64,000 nt of DNA from Enoplolaimus lenunculus (lineage: Eukaryota): positions 1 through 64,000 of the forward strand of contig JASANG010000440.1 of NCBI GenBank assembly GCA_030248215.1, given 5' to 3'. The notes below the pieces were generated by a model that searched no databases, was not told where the DNA came from, and saw only the letters and a list, made by a program, of their open reading frames with translations. The translations under genes and the position numbers were made by a program. Below, piece after piece: positions 24,681 to 38,794 of this stretch (its first letter is position 1; every line of letters begins with the position of its first letter).

Positions 24681-24827
24681 TGCGCCGTTCACAATGTAAT
24701 TTTAAAGCCTGTCACACAGTGTCATAAGGTAGGGCTAACGCCTGACAAATTTTAAATTTCTCACGCGTTAGCCCTACCTTATGACACATTTTGTGGCCAA
24801 TTTTAAAATTATATTGTGAACGGCGCA
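24681..24827. mobile_element. Palindromic PIF/Harbinger-like MITE (TTA TSD)
   Basis: tta|tgcgccgttcacaat...attgtgaacggcgca|tta; inner arms gtgtcataaggtagggctaacgc / gcgttagccctaccttatgacac. Confidence 0.8.
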
Positions 24828-26228
24828 TTATTCTGATACAGTTGTTAACTCTATTTTCGTTGGGTTTGCTTAAACTACAATTTGTCTTAATTTATAAGAT
24901 TTAGGTTTACTGCGGAATCACGGGTATATCTTTAGAATACAAGGGATGTTTAAACCACAGGACTCTAATAAATACAGGAATGTACTGATTAGTCGACATC
25001 GGCGATAATCGACAGATTTCCAGTATTTTTTGTACTTAAAAGTGAACGGAACGTTTCACTTTCACACGTTGTCGTATGGCAGCAGAGCATCTCAAAATCC
25101 AATGCCTGTCTGCAATATAAAACAACATTCACAACACAAATAATCTAAGCACATGTATATTTGCAAAATGTTTCAAAATTGACAAATATTAAATACAGTA
25201 TAAGTGCACGGAATGTGAGAATTCAAACAAAAAAGACCAAAAATATATCATAATTCATTTAGTAAAATCAGTTTCAAAATAAACGTTTTTTACGCATTTG
25301 AATCCCAAATTTTGCATATTTTCAGTCTTTTGCACATTTCCTGTCAAATTTAACTTTATGGCTTAGACATAGGCATCGCTAAGCATTCTGTAAGCATAAA
25401 TCTAAAGCCAAATCCTAAATATGATTGCAGATAAATTACATATACGAAAGTCTGTTTTCTAGTACACCTTCGTCGACAAGGACCACAATCTCCAAATTAA
25501 TTGTTTAAAATATACGGACATGAGTCCAACAGCCGAATAAAAAGTTTACCATTTTCCTAAACAGAAACATCGATTTCTGTGAAACTGGTCAACCATAAAA
25601 TATCAGTGAATTGCCAACATAAACGAAACCATATATAAATATTGTTGAATTTGAACTTACATACAATAATTCAGCACCTTTACTTTTGCCTTTTTCAAAA
25701 TTTCAAGGGTCCAGTGGAACAGAACTCGTTTTAAAATATGTCTGACTAACATCCCCACCTAAACCTTCATAAGAATTGGGTTTAAAAACGTAATAATTCA
25801 AAACTATTTTGCTTTATAAAACTAATTTAATATAGAATTTTTATCAGTAACTGAAAAACAATTAATCCTTTTTTGTAGCATAAATTTTGTTATCAAACCA
25901 CAAATGCAAACAAACGCTCATTTGAACAAAACTGCTGAATGAAACTCATTATAATCACATGCATCGAGTATTATAAGTTAAATAATTACGCCAACGAAAT
26001 AAACCGGTATCGCTCGAATTATGCTCACTAAGGTGATGGAATATCATCACAAACCATTTTTAGACTTGAAAAATCATCTAACAAACTGCATAAATATGCT
26101 ACAATTTCATTGTGATCATTATTCCGGAATCTGATCTAAAGTCAATACTTTAGCAACGCGAAGACTGCGATAACTGGGAAACCTGTTTCCGAGTGCCATA
26201 TTCCGATGCGGAGGAAACCAATTAAAAT

Positions 26229-26639
26229 TAGGGATGTGCCGATAGCAAAATTTTTGCCGATGCCGATTCTTATTTTGAAATTTTGCCAATGCCGGACCGA
26301 TGCCGATTCCAACTTTAGTACACTATGCTTAATTAACAGATAGGATACTACATTACATCATTATATGAAGATTTAAAAAACCCTAACCATAAGAAACGAT
26401 TATAATTTTAGACAAACGGTTCATTTCAATTAATTTTTTCAAACACAGACGCAAGAAAGATATCAGTTTTCCTGACCGGATACACTGATTTGCGCCCAGA
26501 AATGACATTGATAGCATTCAAACTGACTGTGATGTGCAAAAAGTATCGGCAAAGAATCGGCAATTTTTATGCAGTGCCGATGCCGATACTCACGAAAACT
26601 GCCGATTATTACCGATGCCGATTAATGGGCACATCCCTA
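26229..26639 (+). mobile_element. hAT-like MITE (TIR TAGGGATGTGCCGAT)
   Basis: Perfect 8-bp TSD attaaaat. Related copies at 59830-60210 (reverse), ~51553-51773 and ~34590-34710. Confidence 0.85.
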
Positions 26640-27326
26640 ATTAAAATATTTAAAAACAGAACGTAAATTTTAAAAATGAAACGTAACACAGCGGTTCAGT
26701 TATAAGCTCGTAAAAGACAAATTACTCACTCACCCATGACGTATTCCTACAGCTTAATTTTGAACAGTCATATTGTACGTTCAATGTATAATCATTTCCA
26801 AACGATATATAACAATTCCATTATCTTTCCATGACACATTTCCAAAATAAAGGGGTTGCTTTTGGTTCACTTGGTTACATACTCAAACCATGGCAATTTT
26901 TCACGCTAGTTTGACTGGATGCCAGAGGCATGTCCGACCTATATTGGCAAGTACGCAGTGCCGTGTGTAGAACCCACCACAAGCTGATGACCTACTTGGT
27001 AGATTTCGAACCAGATTCGGCATATTTTCATATTTTTAATGTTTCCGCATTAATTTACTTACCATTAAAATACTGCAAATCAGGACGATTTGTTAAAAAT
27101 CTGTTTTTAACAGCGACAGGTGCATTTGTGAACAGTTCTATACGGTTCAAAACTTCACAACACTTGTACCTTGGCCTCGGCTACCCATTGCTAGAGTACC
27201 TTTACCCAGTTTCACTAGCTAAAAGATTGTCAACTAACAATTTAAAAACGTAAGGAATTAAGTCATAAGACGCCACCAATGGTAAAACCAACCCACCCGT
27301 ATCCTTAAATCAACAAAACTACCAAC

Positions 27327-30300
27327 CTATGCAATCTTAAATTCACCCCGATCCATGCCATACCTACCACCTGCCATCAGGGGATAGGCAAACCTCGTCG
27401 AGCATACATCAACACTTATCGGCACAGTTGGACTAGTCGCTCTGCTACCCGACTCAGAGCCCCCACCGCGTGACGATGACCCAAACGATAACTGTCGCCA
27501 TACTCGATTGTGTTTCATTGATCTTTGATTTGGGTCGCGATCCACCCCACAGGGCTGAGAATGAGGGGCCATCATTCGGCACACCGACGCCGGAGATGCC
27601 GGCGTCGGGTCAGAAATAATCGGAACACGAAAACTGGGCACTCGAGGCATTGCGCTTTGCGACCGTACCCCCAGAGTACTAGGACTTGACGCTGGATTGT
27701 GTCCACCTTTCGCTGCTGATTTTGCTAAACTTGGCACGTCACCATAGCCGCTATTCAACTTCTTATGCTGCGTTTGTAATTGATTTCTTTTAAACTTACA
27801 CGCGGTTGTTGCTGCTGTTGTTTCCGAACTCTTTATTTTACTACTGCTGACATACCTTGGATCTCTAGAATACTCTGACGGATAAACCGGTGGAGGTAGA
27901 CCGCTGCAGGAACCAGATTTATTTAGCAAAAGCAATTGAGATGAATTTGAGTAGTCGCGATTTTGGTTAATACTGTTGAGTTCAACCATTTCAACAGATG
28001 ACGTCTCTGGTAAACCTGGTGTCCGAGCTGTTGTCGTACAGGAAAGTGCACTTGGGTCAAGCAAAAGTTGGCACGCAGATGCCGATATCTTAGTGCAGGA
28101 GCGATTGCTTTCATCGATAACGCCTAAAACCAAGATGGAGATGGATAAAAAATGAACCAAATGAAATATGCGATTATTAAAATATATCTTGAAGCAAAAC
28201 CAAATCTTACTGGAAAAGGCTCCATTAATAATTGTCTCGTGAGTTCCACATATCAAGCCATTTTCTGAGCCAAATCATCTTTTTAAACACAAATCAACTT
28301 TACTACAGCCTAACATACCCGTTGTTATAAGTTGAGCCATCCGTTTATCATACTGCAGGTACCATGCAGAACACAAGAAAAAAAATCCACCAAGAACCGA
28401 AACAAACAGTGTTATAAATAACGCGTGTTGAAGGCTCATAAATTCATCGTGGTACGTATGCTTTGCTGTTTGTAGCGTTTGTGAAACCTGAAATTATACG
28501 ACTTTCTACGTTTCCGCAATTCAATGTTGAATAATTTCCAATGTCTCTGGTTGGTATTCCGACCATATCGTTATAGAAACCCTTGATGTTTAAATTGGAT
28601 TAAATTCTTCCATATCATTTCAAACTTATAAAAATTAAAAAGTTTTGTGACGAATTAGACCACATAGGGTGCAACCGGAATTCTGGTTCCGGTATTTTTT
28701 CACCTTCCGGTTGCGGTAAATTATTACCAGAATTAAAAATTCCAGTATTAAAATTTTGGGCGATGCAAATTAAGATATTTTAGTAAGAATGACGTTAAAA
28801 ATTTAATAGATTTAATTAGTATTGTAAATAAACCTTGACAATCACCAAAAATAAACTATCGAAGGTAGATTTCATGTTATGGATTATGAAAATCAAAAAT
28901 ACGGCAGATAAAGTGAATACCTATCTCCAGCTTGGGTTATTCCACCAATAACATTGCATAAAACAAAATTGAAATGGTTTTTTCCGTGGCATGTATTTTT
29001 CATTTTACGGTTCCGTTTGTTTCCAGTAATTTTTTCAAATTACGTTCCGGTTACGGTAAGTTGGAATTCCGGTTGCACCCTGGATCACATAGAAAAAGAA
29101 TTGAAGACTAAAATAAATCGTACCAATCCTATAATATACGGACTCGATGCGTCACCGAAAAGATGAGAAATCAATATTTGAAAGGCGCTGGCCGTGGCAC
29201 GTCGCGATGGTATGACAATGTACTGAAAATTCAACGAAAATATCATTGCATACAGCGCAGGTATCCCGACAAAATTTAAATGCTTACAGCTAAACTTTAA
29301 CCGTGAACGCATTTCATTCCTTACCAACCAATTGTTCATATGGACGAAATAAGTTGACTATACTTCATAGTACAAGATGTTGCATTTGCAGTTCGTTACC
29401 GCCTCTCATTCTCAAGTAGCTAAATACTTATCACCAATTATCGTTAGCGAAACTGTACCATACATACATATACTGATGCTTTGTCAGTAATTTACAGAAA
29501 TGATCCGGCTAAAGCCATTGCTGGCATTCAAAAAGTTTTCTGTACCATGTCCAAAAACACAACTATTCCACACGATACACAACTTACCAGCAAAATATCC
29601 GAAATGACTGACCAATTGAGGCTGATGAACGTAATACCGAAGAACAGTAGCGGCTAAAATTAATCAAAAATTCAGCAAAAAGCCGTCTAGTGAACAAATT
29701 GGCATCACATTTTTTCTTCATCAAATCGTCAACACAGCAACTACTTTGGAAAATGTGCCAATCTCTGGGGGCATAATGCTATTAGAAAGATTAATATTTC
29801 AATTCCACTGGTGGTAGGTAAGATAGCTAACAGTATCTTAAACGACACCTAATACAATCTTAACTTCTGAGTACTATTGAACAAACTCAGGGGATAATCT
29901 CTGACATGAGCAAAACTATAGCTAAAACAATAAAATCATTAAAAAGAAGACTTCACTACCATTAATTTCGCTGTCTTAACTTACCCACGTAACATTTATG
30001 CTATACTCAACAACAACCAAACTCGCATAAAGACATGGTACTGCGATAAGCAATCCAATGGCACAAACTAGCGCATCTGCACGAGGATTAAAGCGCCGCC
30101 AAACAGTTGCCCAAGTAGCTCCGAGACTAACGCCAGCAAACCCGGCCAAACACGTGATAACTCCGAAAATTAGGCTGATCCTATAAATAGTACAAGTAAA
30201 TTTACTAAATAAACAAAATACCTACGTCGAAAGTAGAACTGCTTCAGGGCCATGATTATTACCAGGGTTGGAGCATGGGGGCAACGCCAAGTCGAGGTTA

Positions 30301-33300
30301 GAATTTTTGGTGTTTGGAATGAATCACAGCTGTGGAGCTCAACTTTGGTTCACATGTGAAAAAACAACAGATCTACTTTAACCTTCAATTCAGTCTGAAT
30401 AACAAATGACTCAATGGAAGCAATCTGTTGCAGCAGGAAAACCGGGGATTTTCTCTATTAACTTGTAAAACGTTGCATGTTAACCAGTTTGATCACAAAT
30501 TTCTTAAAAAGGTTTTGTTATTTTACAAGATCCAGTTCCAGGATTTTGTAATTCCTTTTGCACCCTGAATTCACAGTCATTTACCCGGCTTTATCCACCC
30601 GAGGCGAACGCAATTGTTGCGCTTTCACTACAAAAGTTGGCGCCCACCAACTCATTGCGCCAGTGACAAACGTAACACATGTGAATCCAAGTGTTGTCCA
30701 AACATAAGTTCGACTATAAGAAACATCAAAATGTGTTACACAATACTCAACAAACACTTCGTGAATAATACATTGAACTAAAAATGAACAAAGCTACATA
30801 ATTTATAAATATTCTAGATTGAGAATTCGAGTCAATTCTAAACTGCGACTTAGGTAGTTGCTAGCAGCTTTCAATCGCACACAGCAGCACGAATAAAAAG
30901 TTTACATAATTTTAAATCCAAACTTTACATCTCTTAATGAACCTACTTTTGAGCCAATTTCTTCAAGTCTGTCATCCAACTTGTTGTTAAATAATGTTGT
31001 GAATCAATTTCCGGGTCGTGAGCTTTGTTGCCACAATTCGTATCACGAACAAAAATGGCAATAAGCATAACGCACGTCAGACCAAAAATCGGTGTCACCT
31101 CAAACAAATTGCAAACTAAAAAATTTCAGCTAAGAAACCCGGCAATGAAATAATCAAGCAAATAAGTACACCGACGAAACGAAACAAAAACTTAATTAAA
31201 AAAGACGTATTATTAAAATCAAGTGATCAAAAAACCAGAAAACTTCATCAAAAACTACCAAATGCTTACCCTTACACCCCACTGCCATGCTCCCATATAG
31301 TAAGCAACATTCGCTCCAACAACAAATCCAAGCCCACTAAAATAAATCAGTCACAAAAGTATTCGGGACATAAAAATACGCGAACAGTAAAACATCACCA
31401 GTTAGTGTACATTGACGAAATTAAAATACAGGAAATGAAAATTATTAAGAACAGTTCTCAATTTATCCAGATATATAATTGACAATTTAATATATAGATT
31501 TTCTTGAAAATTGTCTGACCAAGAAAAGGTTTCTTGATCGGTACCATAAGTAATATATACCTCTCACGCTAAATTATAAAACTCTCGGTATTTGTAGCAC
31601 TGAATATTCGCGGAGTTCTAACCCAATTAAGTAACAGAAAAATTTTACTGAAAAACGTCAAATATGGTGCAGGAGTAGATTCTATAATTACGTAGTTTAC
31701 CTGCCCACAGGTATAGCGAAATAAAACAACATCAACATTCGTGACCGTGAATCAGCATCGAACAAATCAGCAATGATGGTTGGCGCAACTGTTGTATACG
31801 ACGCTTCTCCGATTCCAACAACACCCCGGCATAGAGCAAACAACCAGAATTGCTAAACAGAGATTATTGTTGTATTCGGTAACTACTTCAGTTCTTGCAT
31901 AGCGTAGAAATTGTCCAACAGCAGAAAGCATCAACCATAACAATATTCTAAATACTTAAATGCTGTAATCTATGTTACCAATTTTTTTACAAACATTTTG
32001 CAGTAGTGGTTTAGCGTCATTACGCACAAACTAAATATAAAAATCTGTATGACTTTTGGGCATCTAAACTTCGATAACATTACTACACAACAACCAAACA
32101 ACGGACGTCGCACCTATTTAGTACAACTCGCGACCAAAATTTCTAGCAAAAGGTGATTTTCAATGTCGTTGAAAAGCATCTACACACAACACATCATAAC
32201 ATTTAAAATACTTACGTTTGACGCAGTAAATGTACTGAGTAATACTGCTCCAGTCCAGATCATTAAACCAGCTATCATAATTCGTTTACGTGAAAATCGA
32301 TCGCCCATATATCCAAATAACGGTGCGAATATCATAAAAGCGCAAACAAATACTGTTTGCAATAAACCAGCTTGAGCGTCTTTGATGTTAAAATAGATTT
32401 GAACATCGGTTAGGACACCTACAAATAGATTAAAAACAATTTCATGCATAAAATGGGTTAAATACAAAACTTGCAAAAACCATACGTAGAATATAAACGA
32501 TTATAAATTTCGTGTCGTTAATTTTGGTAAAATATTACTGCGTTCATGATGCCGTATATATAATATCAGGCATCACTTCTGGCTTCTCCACAGCGGGGGG
32601 GCGGGGGGCCCCCAGCACTTTTCGAAATTTTCATTTCCCCCCCGGCGAAAATTTTGCCGCCCCCAGGAAAGGCCCCCCGGCAAATTTTCGGCCGCCCTCC
32701 AGCAAATTTTTTTGCTGGGGGGCCCCAGGACTTTTGTAAGCCAAAAATTTTCAATGTTAAAACATAAAGACCTGGACTTTTTTTGAGGCGGACATTCGGC
32801 AAAATGTGATTTTATATTACGCTGAGTACTCATAATTTTTAATAGCGTTACAAATACCGGTAGTAACTAGTACAATTCAATAATAAACTGAAAAAAGCAC
32901 AATTATATAAAGACCGTTTCAGGGCATACAGCATTCGAAAGTACCTTGCAGCAACAAGTTCAACCCGCCTGAGCCTTATGATAAACTGAAGCTGTGACTA
33001 ATATATAAAATATATGTTAATCACAGTTTCAATTATAGATTATCTGTATTTTATATAATTGTGCTTCTTTCAACTTCTGGTAAAGTTGTCAGTAATATTA
33101 GTTAAAATTATTGTTATTAGCGTTTGCGGGGAATTTTTGTCATGTTGAGCGATGAGTAATCTTCAGTTGAGTTGGAAACACGATCTAGAATAAAAAAATG
33201 GTCCAAAAAGTCGGCTTGTAAAATTTTGAGCCTGTCCCCAGGACCCCCAGATCATCTAGGGGCCCCCCAGGAAAACTGGCCCCCAGCAAAATTAGCTGCC

Positions 33301-35429
33301 CCCCAGGAAACTCCTGGGGCCCCCCAGGAAACGCCCCCCGGCAGAAATTTTCAAGCTGTGGAGAAGCCAGCACTTGGAATATAAACAATACGTACTTATT
33401 TGTTCATTGCAAACTTATGTACCTATCACTATATTTTTCATTTTAAGTCATACAAACAAACTCGCTATTTTTAGTTTAAAAGGCGGTTGGCCACACACCA
33501 GGGATGGGCGGTCTCGTTCAGAAAAGCGAGACCGAGACTGAGACCCAACCTACAGAGACCCAGACTTTTGGTCACGGTCTTGATCAATTTTTAACCGTCA
33601 CCAAAAATAAAATTAAACCAGTCATGGTGTTGAATGAATACTCAATTTTTAGTGGTTCATGCATGTAGATTTAGTCTAAAATACGAGCAAAACGTTGCTG
33701 CTTCCTTTCATCGACACAAACTAGTTCAGCTATTAGCAATTCTTTATCGCTTTTTCGCCTGTTTCGTCTCGATTTGCAAACCACCGAGACTCAAGAAAAG
33801 TGAGACCGAAACCAGCCAAATCCCGAGACTAACCGAGACCAAACCGCTCACCCCTGCGGCACACACATATTGCAAATTCGCTCTAAACGCATGCTGTAGA
33901 CGCTACCACTAGCATTGGATAATCGATTACCTGCAACAGTTAGTCGGTCCATGTAATTGAGCAAGTTAACAATAAACAATATAATAATTGTAGCGTAAGC
34001 ACGAGCGGATGAAGTACCAGTAGAACAACTTAAACTTGGCAAAGGCACTTGAATCGCTTCTGATTCATCGACCACAATTTGATTGTCTATACTTTGCGTT
34101 AACCGAGGTTCACAGCCGCTTTTCCATGGTGACTTTGGTGCGTGGATAACCGGCTTTGACGAGTATGCACAAGTGCCAGAAGCCTTGAAACAAAATAGCA
34201 TTAGTTAGTAGCAAAAAAAATCGAGTAGTTACTCCGTGCATCTGATTCGACAAGTAAACTGTTTGCAATATGTAACTCTTACAGGAACGAAAAATATCAA
34301 CGTAATGATCAGAAACAAAATAAAAACAATACACAATTGCCCCGATAAAAATATTAGAGTTGCAACATTTAAAAATAAATTATCTAACCCGGAATTTATA
34401 AGAATGCCAACCGGACCCGGATTTGTTTTGGCGGCTAATTCGAACAAGGACCCGGAATGTTTTATACCATAAAAACTGAACATGATCCAAATTTTTTAAA
34501 AATAGGCAGGAATTTCTGTCTTCATAATTAATTTTATCAAACAGAAACACAAGAGAGATAGTAGTTTTTTTCTAATCAGACAGACTTACCGATATACCTA
34601 CCTCAGCAAGTGAAATTGATAGCATTCCAACTCACTGTTATATACAAACTAGTATAGGTAACCACTTCCAATTTTGTAGTAGTGACGATGCCGATACTCA
34701 CGAAAAGTGTTAACTTAAATATTTCAAGTCAATTTTTAACGAGACATTTCATATCTCTGCATTCCAACCATTCCTAATTATTGAAAGTTCGCAATCCTAA
34801 TCGAAGTATATACATCTATACGTACGTTATATATTCATCAGACATATCGGGTGTTGTGTCTCAAATGTATTTCACACAGTTCGCATTGTGCAACCATCTG
34901 ACAAATTCTTCAGCCTATTTAATTTTTCTACGGTATAGTTACTATTCAGGATGTATTCGCGGTACGCGCGAGATGCAAAAATCACTAAGATAGTTTTGCT
35001 AAATAATTTTATTCTGGATATTTTATCCAGGTATTTTTGTAATGCCCAGTCCCGGAATCGTTTGTTGTGAAAACGCGGACCCGAAATTTTTCGAAACCAA
35101 AACCTGGACTGGGAATTTTTCGGCGAAAATACTGAATAATCGGACCCGAATGGCCGGATGCTACTGTAAAAAATATACACAGGCAAATCCAACTTCAATA
35201 ACACGCAATCAACCATTTACAAACTTACTCCATCAACAACTAAATTAAGCTGGTCAAACTCGTCGATTTCTCCAGTTGACGCAAGTCGAGCTGCAATATG
35301 TTGTCGCTTATATGCATCGGCTTTTCCACCAACACCATTCGACATCATCGCTGCATTCCAAATGTTATTAATTACTAATGGCACTTCCAAATTGGCAGAA
35401 TGTTTACGGTCACTATTGCTCGATTGCAT
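27327..35429 (-). CDS. spin: Spinster-family MFS lysosomal transporter (~827 aa, 12 exons)
   Basis: Exons 35429-35229, 34183-33931, 32418-32216, 31852-31701, 31336-31270, 31098-30947, 30713-30585, 30180-29985, 29653-29588, 29222-29124, 28487-28319, 28123-27327; phases are consistent. Hallmarks [89 protein letters not shown]. First and last exons are less certain. Confidence 0.93.
28666..29082. mobile_element. hAT-like MITE (CAGGGTGCAACCGGAATT subfamily) in a spinster intron
   Basis: agggtgcaaccggaatt...aattccggttgcaccctg; flanks gaccacat/gatcacat. Confidence 0.75.
32579..33370 (+). mobile_element. ~790-bp TIR element with a 5-bp TSD (copy 1)
   Basis: TIR ctggcttctccacagc / gctgtggagaagccag; TSD cactt; G/C-run-rich subtermini. 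Confidence 0.88.
33499..33856. mobile_element. hAT-like MITE with GAGACC subterminal repeats
   Basis: cagggatgggcggtctcg...accgctcacccctg; flanks ccacacac/cggcacac; related sequence at ~42290-42700. Confidence 0.6.
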
Positions 35430-36083
35430 TAGGTCGTACGGCGGACGGCGAAGAACCAACACACTTAATGCTGCGGGTGAGCAGTGTTACGATACTAGTT
35501 ATAGCAACAGTACATAAGGAAATCGTTTCTATCACAGCATTATATTACCTATATACGTATTATACTGAACAAACTGACTGCCAGCAGTGAATGATTTATA
35601 GCCGCATGTGAAATAGCACGTACCAATTAACAAAAACCTTTAACTTATTCCCACGGCAAGTGATATATATATAATATATATGTATGTATATTGTCCAATT
35701 TCACTATGCAAAGGATTATATATAACAGTATAATGTATTTTCTAAATCTTCTTATAGCCGAGTGAATCAAGTTTGAAATACGTAATCCATCCTTAAATCA
35801 GTGTTCAATTTTATCCATTCCTGAAACGTTATGGAGTGACCGAACTGGGGTGCAACGTATAAATATAGATAACATGTACATATGATTATTATAAGCTCTT
35901 AAAAATTTATTTTATATCTTCTTAAAAATTCATTTCAAGCAAGGGCAGAGAAGCGATTAAACATCAGAAAAAAACGCGGAGAGCACGACGTACTGTTATA
36001 ATTAAAGTGCAAAATAAATTTTAAAACACCAATAATATAAACAAAAAGATCTTTAGTAGAATACATAAATTCGATACAAGTAC

Positions 36084-36441
36084 CAAGGATCGACCGGATA
36101 TTAATTTTGTACCGGAACCGGTGCCGGATGTTAATTGGATATAAAATCTAAATTTGTACACTGCTGGAAGTATTTAAGTCGTGCAAATATAAGTATTAAT
36201 GGATTTCAGATTAATTTTGTTTTGGATTTTTCATTCCATGTCAGTGTCCATCATGAATTGCGCGGAATTGCAGTCGCTTCAAAATAGCAAGAATATATAT
36301 TTTGACGTGCAAAAAACAATTTTATATTTGGAACCACAACAACAAAATATTCGGCATCCGGTAGGTTTATACCGGATACCGGAATCGGATGTCGAATTTT
36401 GTCAGATATTAAACCGAAAACGAATATACGATCGATCCCTG
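36084..36441 (+). mobile_element. hAT-like MITE (TIR CAGGGATCGACCGGAT)
   Basis: Perfect 8-bp TSD acaagtac; sister copy at 50735-51127. Confidence 0.85.
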
Positions 36442-36971
36442 ACAAGTACCGATTATGCGGTACTTAGAGACCGTTTTAAATGCGAAATCGTTTACTTCCT
36501 GTGTTTTTGTTATTCCATCGCACCTAGCAAAGTAATTTCCCAGAAAGTTCCAGTGAAGACTTAGGCTTAGGAATACGCTTAATCTACTGTTACGGTCCTA
36601 AAAGTAACGTTGGCCGGAAGTTTATATAAACCAGTGAGACTTTCGCGACTTTGTTTAGTATTTCTTAAATCTCAGCGCTTAAAATTTTCTAAATTCCCTG
36701 AAATTACAAACATAATCGCGAAATAGCAACTCGTATGCAAAAAATTACTACAAAGTAGTTGTACTGATGGTATCGGTGCATTTCCTAAGTCGACCTACTC
36801 TATCATTGGCCAGATGTCAATTGTTGTACCGGAAAACTTCACGACGTTTTGACCCCTCATTAATATAAAGGGTATAGCGAATTGTTACATTTCTATCAGA
36901 AATAAATATGGGTATTCGTTAGCTTTCAAGACCAAATATGCAAACGTATGTATGCTTGCAATCATCATCAT

Positions 36972-37763
36972 GGCCCATGTTAGTTTAACGAGCGTCCAAG
37001 TTTCTGGTAGGTCTATAAAAGAGTGCTGTATTGACCCTAATACGAGGGGGTCCCTGTGAATACTTCGTGATTTCGACAACGGTTTGAAACCACCAACTCC
37101 GCGTTCAGCTCCGTTTCCAATGACGCTTATATCGCTCTAGTTTAGTACATGCAGTCGTTTTCCCTTTTATTCCCCCCAAGCACCGTGATAAAGCTATACA
37201 CCAGTAAGGCACAAGTATGACTATAAAAGTATAACAAGTGATATGCTTATGCTGCCGAGCTTAAAACCTCCGAAAGTGCCGTGGTTTAGGATTTGGATTT
37301 AGATTTTAGTTTTTAGGTTGAAATATATTTAGGAGTGGCACAGCCACCTACAGTCCCCATTTTAAGTCCCAACCAATAGGAGTCCGTATCCCTAATAGAG
37401 CCCATAAATGTCAATGATCCGAAGTATAACCTTGCACTATCGCTCAAGATTTTAATGCAAGGTCAAAACCGTTTAATTCAACGGATAGTTGCAATACCGG
37501 ATATATATCAGTAAAGAAGGGTGGCGCAGGGCTGGTTTAAAATAAATAACAGTCCGTAACCGAATAACAAGGGGGGTACCCTCTGGAGAGGCCAAATAAA
37601 CATCGCCCCCTCTCTCTTATTCGGGTCACTGCAGTAAGTTTAGATTCTACATAACATTTCTTTGCTTAGACTTAAGCTTACGCTTAGGAACACATTTTTG
37701 CAACGGTTAGGCTTAGGAATACGCTTAGAATCGACTGTTACGCCCCTTAAGACTACATTGGCC
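36972..37763 (+). mobile_element. Merlin-like MITE family T2 interrupted by a Tc2/pogo-like MITE at 37026-37634
   Basis: Perfect 8-bp TSD atcatcat; ends ggcccatgt / acattggcc; the insert occupies the aaagagTAggttt site that is intact in the 22647 copy. Confidence 0.85.
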
Positions 37764-37984
37764 ATCATCATAAAGAAAAATGTTGTACCGAGGTGATTCC
37801 AGCTGAACAAAATTAGTCAACACTAAGTTAATTTTACAAAGATAATTATATATATATTAGCCGCAAATAATTTTCTACGTTGTGCACTGTTGCTACTCTC
37901 AAAGTTGTTTCTGAACAAACCAAATATCCGAGTCGCTCAATTTACAGAACGCCAGCGTTTTTACTAATGAAAAGAACACATACA

Positions 37985-38794
37985 CATGATCACAGGAGAA
38001 ACAACCGAACTGTCCAAACCGGCCGGTAAATACTGTTCAAGCTACATTGCTGAAATGCGTGCCATTGATCTGGCATGTGACTGGACGCTAGACAACAACA
38101 TAGGCAATGGCAGTAAATCAAATGTGGTTAACATATTTACTGACTCTAAGAGTGCTGTCACACATCTTGCGAATGGACCAGCTAAGACCGTCAATGAATC
38201 CGAAGCTAAACTTTGGAACAAACTGGATAACATTACGAAACATAACAAAGCCAAGTTGACTTTCCAATGGGTCCCTGGCCACAGTGACATCGAAGGAAAC
38301 GACAAAGTTGACATGCTCGCTAAGGTCGGATCGCAACTGCCGCAAGAAACAACATCCCTACTACCAACGGTTGCGGCAGTAATTAAACGTAAAACCAAGA
38401 GCCAATGGAAATCTTCAGTCTCTCATAAGCTGTTTGGAAATAACATCCCTAAACTTTCCGAGCAGGAGCGCGAAATCCCTAAACGAGGGAGAACCATTCT
38501 TGCCCAACTACGATGCGAAGGCCACTGTCCTGTTCTCGGACAATACCTACACCGAATTCGTAAAAAGACGGATAGTCATGTGTGGCGTGTGGTGCCGAGC
38601 TCGATGACGTCAACCACCTCATTGTCGATTGTCCTGCTCTTACAACTACAAGATTAAAGTACCTGGATACAACGGCAAGCGTCCGCGATCTATGGAGTCG
38701 ACCCAAAGAAGTCTATCAGATGCTGCAGCATAGCGGCCGCCTCGGCCGACGTCAATAATCTCCGGATTTCGACGATGGAAATCACAACAACAAC
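37985..38794 (+). mobile_element. 5'-truncated non-LTR retrotransposon (I/Ingi/Nimb-like): RNase H, CCHC finger, (CAA)n tail
   Basis: ORF 37986-38657: SSYIAEMRAI, IFTDSKSA, FQWVPGHSDIEGNDKVDMLAK, LAQLR..GHC. After a frameshift, CVACGAELDDVNHLIVDCP. Tail cacaacaacaac; TSD-like aacacataca (37975) / aacccataca (38792). Confidence 0.9.

Noticed and set aside
37986..38657. Cellular RNase H1 gene
   Set aside because: Intronless and N-truncated, followed by LINE-type CCHC, a (CAA)n tail and a TSD.
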